Origin: Dictyostelium discoideum
Lineage: Eukaryota
Direction of reading: 5' to 3'
NCBI GenBank assembly: GCA_000004695.1
Contig: CM000153.2
Location: 4,512,001-4,576,000 of the forward strand
DNA: 64,000 nt
In this document: positions 24,016-38,492 of the stretch, piece by piece
Layout: every line of letters begins with the position of its first letter
How positions within the stretch are numbered: the stretch's first letter is position 1
Translations under genes and position numbers: made by a program
Notes under the pieces: model-generated
What the model was told of the DNA's origin: nothing
Seen by the model: the letters and a program-made list of their open reading frames with translations, nothing else
Database searches by the model: none

Positions 24016-25056
24016 ATGGGTACACAAAATACTTTATTTGAATTTATTAAAACCATTACTCCTTCAAAAGAATATAATGATAAAGAAAAAGATCAATTAC
24101 TCCAAGAGATTTTACCATTAATAATTGGTAAATTAGTTAAAATTGGTGATGATGTATGTATAATATTTTTTTATTTATTATATATTAAAAAAAAAAAAAA
24201 AAAAAGAATTACTAATTTTAATTAAAGATTTTAAAAAGTACTGGAAAAAATTCACATGATCAATTTATGCCACCAAATAAAAAGTTACCAGCCATTACTA
24301 TTAAAGATTATTTATGTAGACTAATGAAATATTCTCCATGTTCAAAAGAATGTTTTATTTCATCCCTTTTATATATCGATAGACTTTTATTAGAATGTGG
24401 CCTTTCCATTAATTCTTATAATATTCATAGAATTTTAATTACTACTTTACTAATTTCAACAAAATATTTAGATGATATGTAAGTATATATAAATTATTAA
24501 CTTGGTATTATTATAAATTAATTTTTACTAATTTGTTTAATTTATTTAATTTTTTTTTTTTTTTTTTTTTTAAAGATTTTATAATAATGAATTTTATTCA
24601 CAAGTTGGTGGTGTTGGACTTAAAGAAATGAATACCTTAGAATTGGATTTCTTAAAACTTTTAAAATTTTCAGCATTTTGTCCAATACCATTATTTAATG
24701 AATACCAAAAAGAGATGGAGAATACTAAATCAAGATTCTTACTTGGCCCAAATCATCCAATAAATCAAATTAATATAATAACCACAATTAATAAATTACC
24801 AATTTCAATTATAAATAATAGTTCGCCATCATCTTCGCCAAGAAATTCTTCTTCATCAAGTTGTATTTCAACACCATCATCATCGAATCAAACTGTACCA
24901 AATTCTCCAACAAATGGTTCTGCAATTGTTTCTTCTCCAAATATAAATGTAAATTCAAATAATGGCAATACCGCTTCCGTTGTTCCACAATCAAATGTAA
25001 TAATTAATAATAGTAATAATAATAATAATAGTAATAATAGTAATATTAATACTAAC

Positions 25057-25087
<31 letters not shown>

Positions 25088-25128
25088 GTAATAATAGTAG
25101 TAATAATAATTCCCCAATAACTTTACCA

Positions 25129-25162
<34 letters not shown>

Positions 25163-25272
25163 GGTCAAATAGTTTTAATACGTTCCAAAGGCGTGGAAGT
25201 TGCGATTATGAAACCCGCTTGCCATCTCAGACCAATGAAAAGTCAACATTCCATACCAATTGCGCCGCTTGA
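24016..25272 (+). CDS. PHO80-like (Pcl/cyclin-U type) cyclin, 3 exons, about 361 aa
   Basis: The exons are 24016..24153 (donor GAT|gtatgt), 24228..24478 (acceptor ttaaag|ATT, donor GATGATAT|gtaagt) and 24576..25272 (acceptor ttttaaag|A). The spliced protein reads ...LPAITIKDYLCRLMKYSPCSKECFISSLLYIDRLL...INSYNIHRILITTLLISTKYLDDIFYNNEFYSQVGGVGLKEMNTLELDFLKLLKF. This matches the PHO80-like cyclin box (ITI..YLeRI.KY...S..CfV.AlIYLDR...N..N.HRLlIT.v.VAaKflDD.YYNN.yYAKVGGis..EmN.LE.dFL). The C-terminus is S/N-rich low complexity. Confidence 0.8.
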
Positions 25273-25757
25273 TTTAAAAATGAACAAAAAAAAATTACCA
25301 CCAGAATCATTTTTATTAAAAAAAAATATTACTATTTGCCTTTATACAATCATACTTTTGGCAATCTTTTCATTTAATATTGTAAATAGACTTTCAAATC
25401 CTGCCACTAAAATTTTTAATTAACAATCCATCAACACTCCTCAACCCATCATTCAATTTCAAAACCACTCATACATTCAAACAAATATACATATACAAAC
25501 ACCATTAAAATTAATAGAATAATTATTATTACTATTAATATCTTCTTACCATTTTTTTCCCTATACCTTCCCCCCAATTTAATTTAATTTTGTAAAATCT
25601 TTTTTTTTTTATTTTTTTTTTTTTTTTCTCTCCCCCAACATTTTTTTTCATTCAAAATAAATGACACCTTTAATTTATATAAAAACTACCAATGTACAGT
25701 TCATCTTGTAAAATAATGACTAAAGATTATAAAAAAAAAAAAAAAAAAAAAAACTAA

Positions 25758-25791
<34 letters not shown>

Positions 25792-26475
25792 CAATAAATA
25801 AAAAAAATTTAATTATTTCTTTTTTTTCTAAGCAATTTTTTTTTTTTTTTAATTTTAATTTGGAATTTTATAAAAAGTAATATATATAAATATAAAAATA
25901 AAAATAAAAAACCTGATCATAATTAAATATTTTTAATTATTTATAAATTAATTAGTCAAAAAAAAAAAAAAATTAAAAAAAATTTACATTTTTAATATTT
26001 AATATTGATAATAATTTGGTTTATTTAAATTTACAACAGTTTAGCAAATTTTTATTTTTTTAAAATATATTTTAAAAAAGATTTTTAAGCGAATAAAAAA
26101 AAAAAAGATTATTTGAAAATTATATATATATTATGCTGGCGAATTATTTTAAAAATAGAATTATAAATTTTGAAAATGGATTAATAAAAAAATAAAATTT
26201 ATGGTCTGAAGAATTCTCTTTGGTAAATTCTGGTTACTTCATTTAATGTATAAATTGAGTTATTGTTACAATTATTTGATAAAATAGTTCTATTTTTTGA
26301 TGAAGATGATGATGATGATGATGATGAGATTGAAACTAATGATTCTATTGAAATTCATTTAAAAAAAAGAAAAAAGAATTTTTAAAAGGGAAAAATAGGA
26401 AAAAAGAAAAAGGATAAAAAAAAAAAAGATAAAAGTAAAAAGTAAAAAAAAAAAGTAAAAAAAGTAAAAGTTTTG

Positions 26476-26519
<44 letters not shown>

Positions 26520-27634
26520 TCATGATATGATAATTTCATTGCATTTCTAGATTGTTTGGGCATGTGGTTGAAGATAGAAAGATTATCCAAAAAATAAAAA
26601 AAATGTATCCAAAGAAAAAAAAAAAAAAATTGGGATATCCAAAATTTTAAAATTATAAAAAATAAAAAAGAAAAAAAAAAAAACCTAAACTTGCCTATAT
26701 TATCTAAGGCTCTTAATTAAATTAAATCCAAAATTTTTAACTCATAAAAAAAATATAAATAATCAAGTCATTGTTACAAATTTAAAAAAAAAGAAAAGAG
26801 AAGAAGAGTTGATCACCATGATCACATACTGAATAACATTTTTGATTCTTTTTAGTGGATTAAATAAGTTAAATTAAAAAAAGTAATTTTAAAATTGTAA
26901 ACTGCTATAAAACTTGAGAAATTTATGAAAAAATTAAATTTTTAAAAGAGAAGAGATTCTTTTATTTTTTTAATAGAGATTATTAAATTTGAAAAGAAAA
27001 GAGGGATAAAATATTGTTTAATTAAAAAAATATATTAAATATATTATTAAAGTATTTTTTTTTTTTTTAAAATTGTTGTTTTGGATTTATATTTGAAATG
27101 AATGAAATTTTTAATTAATTCAATTTGTTATTTATAGGTTTTTATTTTTATTTTTTTATTTTTTTATTTTTTATTTTTTTAAAATTATTTAATAAAATTA
27201 ATAATTTAAAATGTTTTGTTTTATTTTATTTTTTTTAATTCAACAATTAACTCTATACTTGTATCAAAAAGATTTTACGTTCTACCAATTTTATTATAAA
27301 AGATAGTAGAAGTACTTGTAAAAAATTGGAGAAAAATCAATACAACATAATTTTAAATAAATAAAAAAATTCAGTAATTTCCATTTTTTTCGATTATTTT
27401 TTTCATTGATCCCCATTTATATTTAATTTACTAGGCATTTTTTATTATTATGTGATATAAATAAAAAATAACAATAAAAGTTAAATCTAAAAAAAAAAAT
27501 TAAACTTTTGATTTTTTAAAATATATTTATAATAAAAGGTTTTTTTAAATGTCACCACAATATCTTTTATGATGGGGTCGGGTATGTTAATTACAAATTA
27601 ATTTTTCTTTTTTTTTTTTTTGTTTTTTTTTTTT

Positions 27635-27734
27635 NNNNNNNNNNNNNNNNNNNNNNNNNNNNNNNNNNNNNNNNNNNNNNNNNNNNNNNNNNNNNNNNNN
27701 NNNNNNNNNNNNNNNNNNNNNNNNNNNNNNNNNN
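27635..27734. other. Assembly gap (100 N)
   Basis: A run of N characters. Confidence 1.
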
Positions 27735-27774
27735 TTTTTTTATTTTAAAGTCTTCATTTTTAATTTTACAAACC

Positions 27775-27811
<37 letters not shown>

Positions 27812-29345
27812 CTTAAACTCTGGCCATATATGAATTTTCTTTCTTTTATTTTAATCCTTTTAATTTTTTTTTTTTTTTAATTTTTAACCAGCAGTCTCTC
27901 CTTTTTTATTTTTTTTTAATTTTTTTTTTTAATAAATCAACATTTTGAAATTTAAATTTTATCTAAAAAGATAGTGGAAAAATAATTAAAAAAACAATTA
28001 AAAAATCCAATTTATTATTTCATAAAATAACAAAAAAATTGGTGGTTATCCTCCTTTACCTCTTTTATAATTTTTAAAAATTTCCTCTTTTATTATTAAA
28101 AAAATATTATTGGTATAAAAAACAAAAATTAGAACCCCCAGTTGCTTAATTTGTACACCTCATTTGATATCCCCATTAAAAATGATGGGATGTTGGTAGT
28201 TTAGACAAAAATCTTTTTAGAAAAATTATAGAAAAACGATTCTATTTATTAATACAAGATGTTTTAATTATAGATAAAAATTATAATTTTTTACAGGTAG
28301 AATTATTATAAAATTTAAAAATAGAATTTTAAATAAAAAAAAACTTTGATTTAAGAATTAATTATCAAATTTTTTATTTCAGTTTAATTAATATTAAATA
28401 ATACAGGTTTATTTAAATTATTTAAATTATTTAAACAATTTAAAAAAAAAAAAAAAAAAAAAATTAGTTTTTTTAACAATATTTTAACTTTTAAAATTAA
28501 TGTATTGGATTAAAGAAATTTTTAATTTTTAAAAAAAAACAATAAAACATAGTAATTTTAAAAATAATAATAATTTTAATAAAAATAATAAAAATAAAGA
28601 AATTTGGTTAAATTATTTTTGAACTAAAAATAACTCACAAAAAAAAATATAAAAAAAAAAAAAACAAGATAATACTAGAAAAAAGATATATCTATGATTT
28701 TTATTAAAAGTTGGGATTTACAATGTTTGATATTGTGGGGTAGTAAAATAATATGCAATTCTATGGGAAGTGGTGTAATTTAATGATTTTTCATTAAATA
28801 TTTCACAATTAAATTTTTTAATAGATTCTGTTTAAAAATTTGTTATTATTGTTGTTGTTTTTGTTGTGTTTAAAGATATTAAAGATTCTTTATTGTTATT
28901 TTAAAATAATTAGTTTCAATAAAGTAGCACATTTTCACATAATAATTATTCTGGTTTGTTATTTCAGGAAATACTCACTGAATAACATAATACGATATTG
29001 GTTTTACTTTTTTTTTAATTATTTTATTTTTTTTTGGTTTTTTAAATTTGTTTGGATTTTTAAAATAAAAATTTAAATCTATTGCTAATGTTTACAATAT
29101 TAATGTTTCCAATTTTTAATTTTTAATTTTTAATTTCCAATTATTTATATTGTTTTATTTTCTTTTTTTTTTTATTTATTTTTTCTTTTTGGTTTTTTTT
29201 TTAATTTAATAATTATTCTTTTTCTCTTGATTTGTTTTAATTCTTTGATAAAAAAGTTGGAATGACAAAAATAAATGTGCCCCCCAAAGAATTGAATTTA
29301 TTGTCGGATTTCTTACTTTAAAATTTGAATTTTTAATAACTATTT

Positions 29346-29755
<410 letters not shown>

Positions 29756-30260
29756 AAAATTAATATGCACAAAAATAATTCACCATATATATTTATGTCT
29801 ATTAAATACTTAAAACTTATTTCCCGATTGATTTTCATTGTTTAAAAAAATAATAAAAATAAAATAAATTAAAATAATATATTTTTAAAATCCATTTATT
29901 TATATCTATTTATCTCTTTTGATTAAATTTGTTATTGTTTATATATAAATAATAAAAAATAAATGTTTATTTTTATTTTTATTTTTTTTTTTATTTATGT
30001 AGTTGTGTTCGTATATATCTAAAAGTTAAAAAGAAAATAAATTAAATAATTTTATTGTACCGGGAATATGTTGATTTTCTTGTATTTTTATATTGTATTT
30101 TTATATTGTATTTTTATATTGTATTTTTATATTGTATTTTTATATTCTAATATTTTTTATATTGTTTTTTGATTTTTAATTTGTTGTTTTTATTATATTT
30201 GTGCACATATATATATGTTGTATTATTTTTTTTTTTTTTTTTGTTTTTTTTTTTTTAAAA

Positions 30261-31476
30261 TTAATTAATTGGTTCAATTGAAAAATAACCAGAAGAATTA
30301 CCAATTACAATATGATTTACAGGTACAGGTTCACATTGGAAATCAGAAGCTAAAGGTTCAGAAGATATAACTAAAGATTCAGAATATGATTTTGAATGAG
30401 GAGAAGAATCAGTTGAACGACCTAATTGACAATGACCATCATCAAATTTAATAGTTGAACCACGACTCCAATAGAGTGAATGGGCAGCTTCAGGCATACC
30501 AGTGACATAACGAGTTGCAACCACAGTGAAACCATCAGTGACTGCCAAATTTAATTTACAACATGAATTTGTTTGACGTAATGAAGCACCTTCCATCAAT
30601 AAGTCAGTTGGACTGTTATTACCACTACTACCACTACCACCACAACTATTACTTGCACCAGCACCATTACTACCATTATTACCATTAACATTACCTTCAC
30701 TACCAGTATTATTTGATAATAAACCATTCTTTAATTCATATTGTAAGAGTAATTCGTGAATTTGGAATATAGTTTCTTGTAATACTTTTGGTATTATCTC
30801 AGTATTGTTTACATGTGATGGATAAGGTTTCTCTTCAGGCTCCAATGCACAATGGGTTGAATAATAAACTGTGCCATTTGTCTTTGCTTTCTCTGCTTTG
30901 TATCCAATCTCTTTTTCATAGTTTGATATAAACAATGCAAATAATAACTCACTATCTGTTGTACCTTTAATTAATTCAAAAGCTGAATCGGAAATCATTG
31001 AATAAATATCTCTCTTTAAATGATTATAAAATGGTATACAACCATTATGCATCCAACTAAAGTTTCTAAATGTAAATGGATGACAATTAGTATTTACAAT
31101 TGCACCTGCACTTGCTGCTCTAATATGTGCCGCTATACAACCACTCTTGGTTACACGAGCCAATTGTCTAAGATTAATATTTGACCATGCTGGTGTAATA
31201 TCTTTAAATACACCTGGAATTGGTGTAATATCTGGAACATACCATGCAATTCCAAATCCATCTGCATTTAAACTAACTGATTGACATGAACTATGTAATG
31301 ATTGTACTAAAAGACTATGTGATGGTTCCTAATAAATAAATAATATTAGTATTTTAATTATTATTATAATAAAAATAATAATTATTTTTATTTTTATTTT
31401 GAGATTAATTCATACTCACAGATATAATAGTGGATAAACGGATTGGTGCTCCAAGGTAAAATATGAAACGACACAT
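30261..31476 (-). CDS. Class-II glutamine amidotransferase domain protein (Ntn-hydrolase, YafJ/EgtC-like), 2 exons, about 374 aa
   Basis: Exon 1 is 31476..31420, a 57-bp exon ATG TGT CGT... reading MCRFIFYLGAPIRLSTIIS with donor TCT|gtgagt. Exon 2 is 31328..30261, acceptor tatttattag|GAACCATCACATAGTCTT, reading EPSHSLLVQSLHSSCQSVSLNADGFGIAWY. This matches the bacterial YafJ/EgtC pattern MCRhLaYLG.P..L..L...P.HSL..QS......NaDGFGvGWY. The Cys-2 is the Ntn nucleophile. The ORF in the track starts at an internal TTG. Confidence 0.7.
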
Positions 31477-32536
31477 GTTTCTGGTTTTTTTTTTTTACTT
31501 TTTTTTGGTTGTTTTGTTTGTTTGTTTGTTTGGTTGTTATTAATAAAGATGTGTTTCAAATTTATTATTATTATTATAAATTTTATTTTTAAATATAAAC
31601 TATTATGTGTTTATTTTATTATAAATTATTTTTGTTTTGTTTTGTTTGTTTTTATTTTTTTTTTTTTTTTTTGATTATATATAATTATGTTTAATTTTAT
31701 TTATAAAGAAAATAAAATAAAAAATAATTGATGTTTAAAGTGTGAGAGAAAAATTATAAAATAATTTATCGAGTTATGTGGTGTTTTGTTTTATTTGGAT
31801 TTGTTTGGTTTTTTATATTATTTTTGTGGGGTATATTTTATATAAATGTATATTTTATGTGTTTAAAATACAATAAATAGAGAAAAAAAAATATTAAATT
31901 GAATGTGGTTGTGAAAATATTTTAAGAGTGGGTTATATAATGTTGTAATTTTAATAAAATTATTATGTGAAAAATGAAGGAAAAAAAATAAATTAAAAAA
32001 AAAAAAAAATTATAAAATAATTAAATTATTTATTTATATTTATTTAATTATTTATTTATTTATTTATTTGTTTTTTAATTTATATTTTTTTAAAAAAAAA
32101 AAAAAAATGAAATTTATTAAAATCCAGATTTCAAAGATGTTACAAAGTATTAATTGTTATTATTATTATTATTAATTAAAAAAAAAAAAAAAAAAATTTA
32201 TGAATAGTTTTTTGTTTTTATATGCAAAAACGCACTGGGATTAAATTTAAAAAAAAAAAAAAAATAAAATAAAAAAAAATAAAAAAAATAAAAAAAAAAC
32301 AAAATTGAGCTGGTGGAAATTTCAATTCGTTTTTGTTGCGAACACCCAAACAAAAAAAAATAAAAATTTTTGTAAAAACGGTTGGGTCTAAGACAAATCA
32401 CACTAAAATATTTTTTTTTTCTTTTAAAAAACCACACCACAAAATTTAATAATGGCGACAAAATGAAAATGAGACCTAAAAAAAATAAAAAAAAATATTA
32501 TTTGTGTTTCGTGTTTACATTTATTATTTTTTATTA

Positions 32537-33405
32537 TTATTTCTTTTTTGATACTTTTTTAGTTGTTTCTTTTTTTGGTTTTTTAGAATTTGGAGTTGTT
32601 TGAGTCTTCTTCTTAATTCTTGTTCTCCTTTAAAAAAAAAAAAAAAAAAATTAAAAAAAGGATAAAATTAATATATTAATATGAAACGTTTCTGGAAAAA
32701 ATAAAAAAAAATAAAATAAATAAATATCCATACTTATTACCCATCCATTCTTCAACTTTAGTTTTTGAAATCTTTGAAATTGAAGCTAAAAATATTTTAT
32801 CACTATACATTGGATATGGTTGATTATTATTTGCTTCATACCATCTATTTAAGTTAATATCAACTTTTCTTTTCTTTTTACCTAATGAATGTTGTTTATT
32901 AATATTTGAAGCAATTATGGGTGAGGTTGAATTTGCAGCGGCAGCAGCAGCGGCAGCAGCAGTCATTGAAGCATTTGAATCAATATTAATATTTTGATTA
33001 AAAACATTTTGAATTTGATCAAATACTCGAGCTCTTAATCCACATTTAACTTTTAAGCATGATAATTCATTATACTTTATATGAAATAGTAAAAATGTTT
33101 CAACTTCTTTTGGCTTGGAAATAAAAATTATAAAAAAATAATAATAAAAAAAAAAAAAAAAATTAAATATCAATATTAATTATTATAAAAATAAAAATAA
33201 TACATACATAACTACCAGGTGGGAATACATTAATTATTTGATTTTTTCTAAAATTAAATTCTTCTTCAATCTTTTTAATTTCCATTTCAAAAGATTCCCT
33301 TAGAGGTAAAATTAAACTTTCAAAGTATTGATTCTTTTTTTCATCTGGTGTATGTAAATCTTGTTCTTTTAAAAAATCATCAACACTAAAATTGAGATTT
33401 TTCAT
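32537..33405 (-). CDS. Divergent TALE-like homeobox protein, 3 exons, about 222 aa
   Basis: The exons are 33405..33208 (donor TAT|gtatgt), 33113..32734 (acceptor tttccaag|CCAAAAG, donor AATAA|gtatgg) and 32627..32537 (acceptor ttaaag|G). The spliced homeodomain-like segment reads KKRKVDINLNRWYEANNNQPYPMYSDKIFLASISKISKTKVEEWMGNKRTRIKKK. It has the Trp in helix 1 and the TALE-type PYP three-residue insert. Helix 3 is WMGNKR where WFxNxR is usual, so Asn51 and Arg53 are kept. Poly-Ala and poly-N lie upstream. Naming it TALE-class is an inference. Confidence 0.55.
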
Positions 33406-34999
33406 ATCATTTAAATCTAATTTAATAATAGGGAGGGCCCCCCATCCCGGTGATGCCCCTAATAATTCTTGTTTTTTTTCTTTGTCGTTGTTTTTTTGTA
33501 TATAAATCTAATCAAAAAAAAAAATATTATTACTTTAATTTTAATTTTATTACACTGAATTTTTGTATTTGTTAATGTTGTATTTGCTATTTGTAAAATA
33601 ATATTTTATGGGTGAATTTTCTTTCATTTTATAGTTTATTTTTTTGAACTTTTATAAAAAAAAAAATTAATTAAAAATTAAAAAAAAAAAAAAAAAAAAA
33701 TGTTAACAAAAATACTAAGAACTGTTATCTGTATTGATTTCTATTTTAAAATATATTGTTGCTGTGAATCTTTGAAAAAAACTAAATTAATAAAAATTGT
33801 TGTTGTGTGGTAAAAAAAAAAAAAAGAAAAAAAAAAAGAAAAAAAAAAAAAAATTAATTGTTTTTTTGATTATTTGCAGGATAGGGAAAATATCTCAAAT
33901 TTTTTAATAATGGGAATTGTTTTTTTTTTTAATTTGTATTATTTTTTTTTTCTTTTCCAAAAACATTTTTTTTATTCCTACCACTAAAATTAAAAATTAT
34001 AATTTTTTAAATTAAAAAAGGATAAACTTGATTTTAATATTATTATTTTTGATAAAAGAAAAAAAAATAAAAAAAAAAAAATGAAATAAAACTTTCGTGT
34101 TTTTTCTTTTAGTCATTTCAAAACTTTTTTCTAACTCATAAAACCAAGCAAATTTTTTTTTTAAAAAAATTAATTATTAACCATTGCACAATTTAATAAG
34201 AATTTTTAGGTGTAATAAAAAAAGAAAAAAAAAAAAAATTAAAAATAATTTAAAAAAAAAAAACAGTTTATATTTTTTTTTCCTTTTATGGAATAAGTAA
34301 GTATTTTTTTTTTTTTTTTTTTTTTAAAGTCGTTTTTTGTTTTTTTAAATTTATTTATTTATTTATAATAAAAATATTAAAAATAAAATAAAATAAAATA
34401 AAATAAAAAAAAAAAAAAAAGTTTAAATCAAGAAAAAAAAAAAAACAACAAATAAATCAAAAAAAAAAAAAAAAAAAAAAAACAAAAATAAAACAAAACA
34501 AAACAAAACAAATAAACCAAACAAGATTTAACACTTTAGTTTATATGTAAGAAAGTTTTTTTTTATTGTTAAATTCCATAGTTTTTTTTTATTTTTTTTT
34601 TTTATTTTTATTTTTTTTAAATTAATTTTTTTTTTCTTAGTATATAGGTGGTAAGATATTTTTTTATTTTAAAATCTAAGAAAAAAAAAAAATATCTTTG
34701 AACATTTTTCTCATTTTTTTCAAACTTTTAATTAAAGGATCTCAATTGCGTGTTAATTTTTAATTTTAAATTTTTTTTTTTTTTACTTTACCATCCCTTT
34801 TTTATTTATATCTCCTTTTTTATTAGTTTCTCCTAAATTATTTTAAAATTAAACCAATGTTTAAAATTATTATTTGTAATAGCATATTTAATTATATCCC
34901 AAATATTTCTAAATTTGGTTATTCATTTTTAATTTAATTTTTTTTTTTTTTTTTTTTTTTATCTTTGTTTCCTCCTTTTTTTTTATTTTTTTATTTTTC

Positions 35000-35037
<38 letters not shown>

Positions 35038-35449
35038 ATAAATAGAAAATCCATTTAAAGGTAAATTATTAAATCATAATAAGATTCCAAAAACAGAAAA
35101 AAAAATATTATAATCGATTGTATCTTATTGATTTTTTTTTCAATAGATTAATCTTTGTTTTTACTTTACATAATCATTGTTTTTATCATTATTTTAAAAA
35201 ATATTAGATTCACTTTTAAAAATACAAATAAAAATAAAAAATAAAAATAAAAAAAAATATTATAAATATTTGTCAGATTTTAAAATTAAGATTAAAATTA
35301 AAATTAAAATTAAAAATTAATTATAAAATGTATTTCGATACACTTATTACTTAAATAATAATTTATAAAATATTATTTTATATTTTTAAAAATACATTTA
35401 AAAAGATTAATATCAATTTAAAATAGAATGATCACCCAAATCTCATTGG

Positions 35450-35482
<33 letters not shown>

Positions 35483-37308
35483 ATTATATAAAATTGTATA
35501 AAATTAAAATTATAAATTTAAATTTAAATTTAAATATATTTGTTTGAATCAAATTTAACATCATCCAAATTACACATTCTACAGATATTAATAATTTGTA
35601 AATTTCCAATAAAAAGAAAGAAATAAACCTCTTGTTATTAAAATTTTTTGAATAAATAAATTTTCTTATTTTACAAAAAAAAAAAAAAAAAAAAAATCAA
35701 TTAACCACACAAATATCTACCACTACAACTACCAACAACATGGTGGATATTTGGGTGGTTTGTATGTAAAGTTTGTAAATTACCTCTTTTGGTAGTTTTT
35801 TTTATTTTTATTTTTTTTATTTTTTTTCCTGCTTTGTTCATGTGTGTGTGTGGGAAGGGGTTGACCCTTTTTACTATTAATTTTGTATTTTATTATCTTT
35901 TTTTAATATCAATAACAACACTATGATCACGCCTATAATTTTTTTTTTTTATATACAAATCCACTCTGGTTGGCTATAAACTTTACAATATTTATATATA
36001 TGTGTTTGATTTTATCTGTTTTTTTTTCAATTTAAATCCATATTATAGTAAAATAAAATATTAAATAAAATTTTTATTTTTAAAAAAAAAAAAAAAAAAA
36101 GAAAATCAAAAAATAGAGGTTGAAAAACAATTTCAAATTTATATAAATATCATAAATCTATTTTTTTTTTTTTTTTTTCTTTTTTTTTCCCCCAGACCGT
36201 GCTTTTAATCAAACAAATTATTTTACTTTTTATTAATAATTTTAAAAAAAGTAATAATTATTTTTTTTTTAAATAATTTGACACAACAAATATACCAATA
36301 AATATTGCACATGTGTTTTTGTTTGTTTTTTTTTTTAAAATTTATTTTGAAATTAAATCTTTTTTATAATAATTTATTTTAAAATTTTATATATAAATTT
36401 TTTTTTTTTTTTTTTTATAATTTGTTTATTTATTTTACTTTACTCTATACTTTTTTTTTTTTTATTTTTTTATTTTTTTTTTTTATCATTTTAATAAAAC
36501 TAAAATTTATTTATTTATTTAATAAAATATATTTTTATATTTGTAAAATATTAATCAATATTAACTTTTTTTTTTTTTTTTTCCGACTTCAAATAGATTC
36601 TAAAAAAGGTAGGTTTTTTTTTTTTTTTTTTTAGAAATCAAAAGTTGCAAGTTGGAATTCAACGTTAGAATTAATTTTATTTATTTTATTTTTTTTTTTT
36701 TTTTTTTAATTTTTATTTTTTTTTTTTTACTAATTTTGGTTATATAAAAAATTTTTTTTTTTTTTTTTGTAATTTTGGTTTTTAAAAAAACAAATTTGTA
36801 TTTTTTTAAAAAAAACATTTAAAAAAAAGTAAAATATTGGAAGTACAAACACATTCTATTATTAGACATGGCAACATTTATTTCATCATTATAAAATAAT
36901 TACAAAAAAAAAAATTCCTTTTACATTTTTTTTTTTTTTTTTTTTTATCCAAAAAAATAAAAAAAATTAAATTAAATTTAATTATGTACGTTTGATTAAT
37001 TAATTATAACAATAAATTGTGTGTGTGTGTGTTAATTGACTCTTAATAAATTTGTAGATCAAATTAATAATTAAAAAAATAAAAAAATTAAATAAAATAA
37101 AAAAAAAACAATAAAATACTGCTTTTTTATGCAATGAGTATTAGTTTATAATAATATAAAAAAAAAAATTTTGTCATCTAAAAGTAATGTGTGTGGATAT
37201 ATTTAGAAAGTTAATAGCAGTTAATAATAAAAATTTAATAATTACAAAAAATAAAAATAAAAATTAAAATCAAAATTAACCACCCAATGTTCGATGCCAC
37301 CAAAAAAA

Positions 37309-37342
<34 letters not shown>

Positions 37343-38399
37343 TATAAATTTAATAAAATAGAGAGAGTGTGATAGAGAAATAACCCTCATAACTTTCTTC
37401 GTCATTTTTATCATCATAAAAACACTGTTCCATAAAATAATAATAATTTTTAACTTATTTGAATAGAAAATATCACACATCAATATGGGATTTTTTTTTG
37501 TTTGTTTTTTACGGTTGATAAAAAGATATGCATAGCGTTCACACACACCCACACTAAAAAAAAAAGAAAAAAAAAAAAGGAAAAAAAAACACACAAAATC
37601 CCACACTTATTTCTCTTTATTATTATTATGTCTTTATTTTGACAATAAACTACTACCACCAACACACCATTGTGTGTGTGAGTGTGTGAACAAACAAATA
37701 ATGGGAATTAAAATAATAATAAATTTGAGTGCGAGACATATGGAGCATGTACTCCAAAAAACTTTTAATTTTTTTATTTTTTTTTTCATTTTTTTTTTTT
37801 TTTCAATTAATATTAAATATACTCACAAAAATAGAAAGAAAATGTTATTATGTTGTTATTAGTAGCAGCACTGTCTCACATTATAATTTAATTATTAAAT
37901 TTTTTTTTTTTTTTTTTTTTATTTTTTTAATTTTTTTAAAAAAAAAAAAAAAAAAAATAATTAAATAAAAAATGAATTAATTATTACTATTATTGTTATT
38001 CATAATTATAATTATATATCTCTTTCTATTTTTATTTTCTTTTCTCAATCATCCATCATACTATTTCATTTCATATAAAAAATAAAATAATAAAATAAAA
38101 AAATAAAAAAAATAAAAAATAAAAAATAAAAAATAAAATAAAATAAAATAAAATAAAATAAAATAATAAAAATAAAAATAAAATAAAACAAATAATAATA
38201 AAATTAATAAACCCCCTTTCAATAAATTTTTATTAATCTTTTAATAGGTACAACATCGATTATAGGTCGAACGAATTTTATTTTATTTTTTTGTACATAA
38301 ATGTATTTTTGTGTGTTTTATTCTCCATTTCATTTTATTAATTAAACATTGAACCATTTTTTCTATTTATTTTTTATACTATTTAAAGTAATTTTTTAT

Positions 38400-38416
38400 A
38401 ACATCATTATTAACAA

Positions 38417-38492
<76 letters not shown>

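Noticed and set aside
26280-26372. An acidic (GAT)7 stretch, ...FFDEDDDDDDEIETNDSIEIHLKKRKKNF*, possibly a terminal exon
   Set aside because: There is no upstream exon or start I could connect it to, and the open frame is short. A trinucleotide repeat alone is insufficient evidence.
35700-35900. A slightly GC-richer block containing ATGGTGGATATTTGGGTGGTTT|GTATGT and gtgtgtgtgtgggaaggggttgaccc
   Set aside because: Only 7 codons precede the donor-like site, and I found no downstream in-phase exon. There is no tRNA or snRNA signature. I note it only as an unexplained composition blip.
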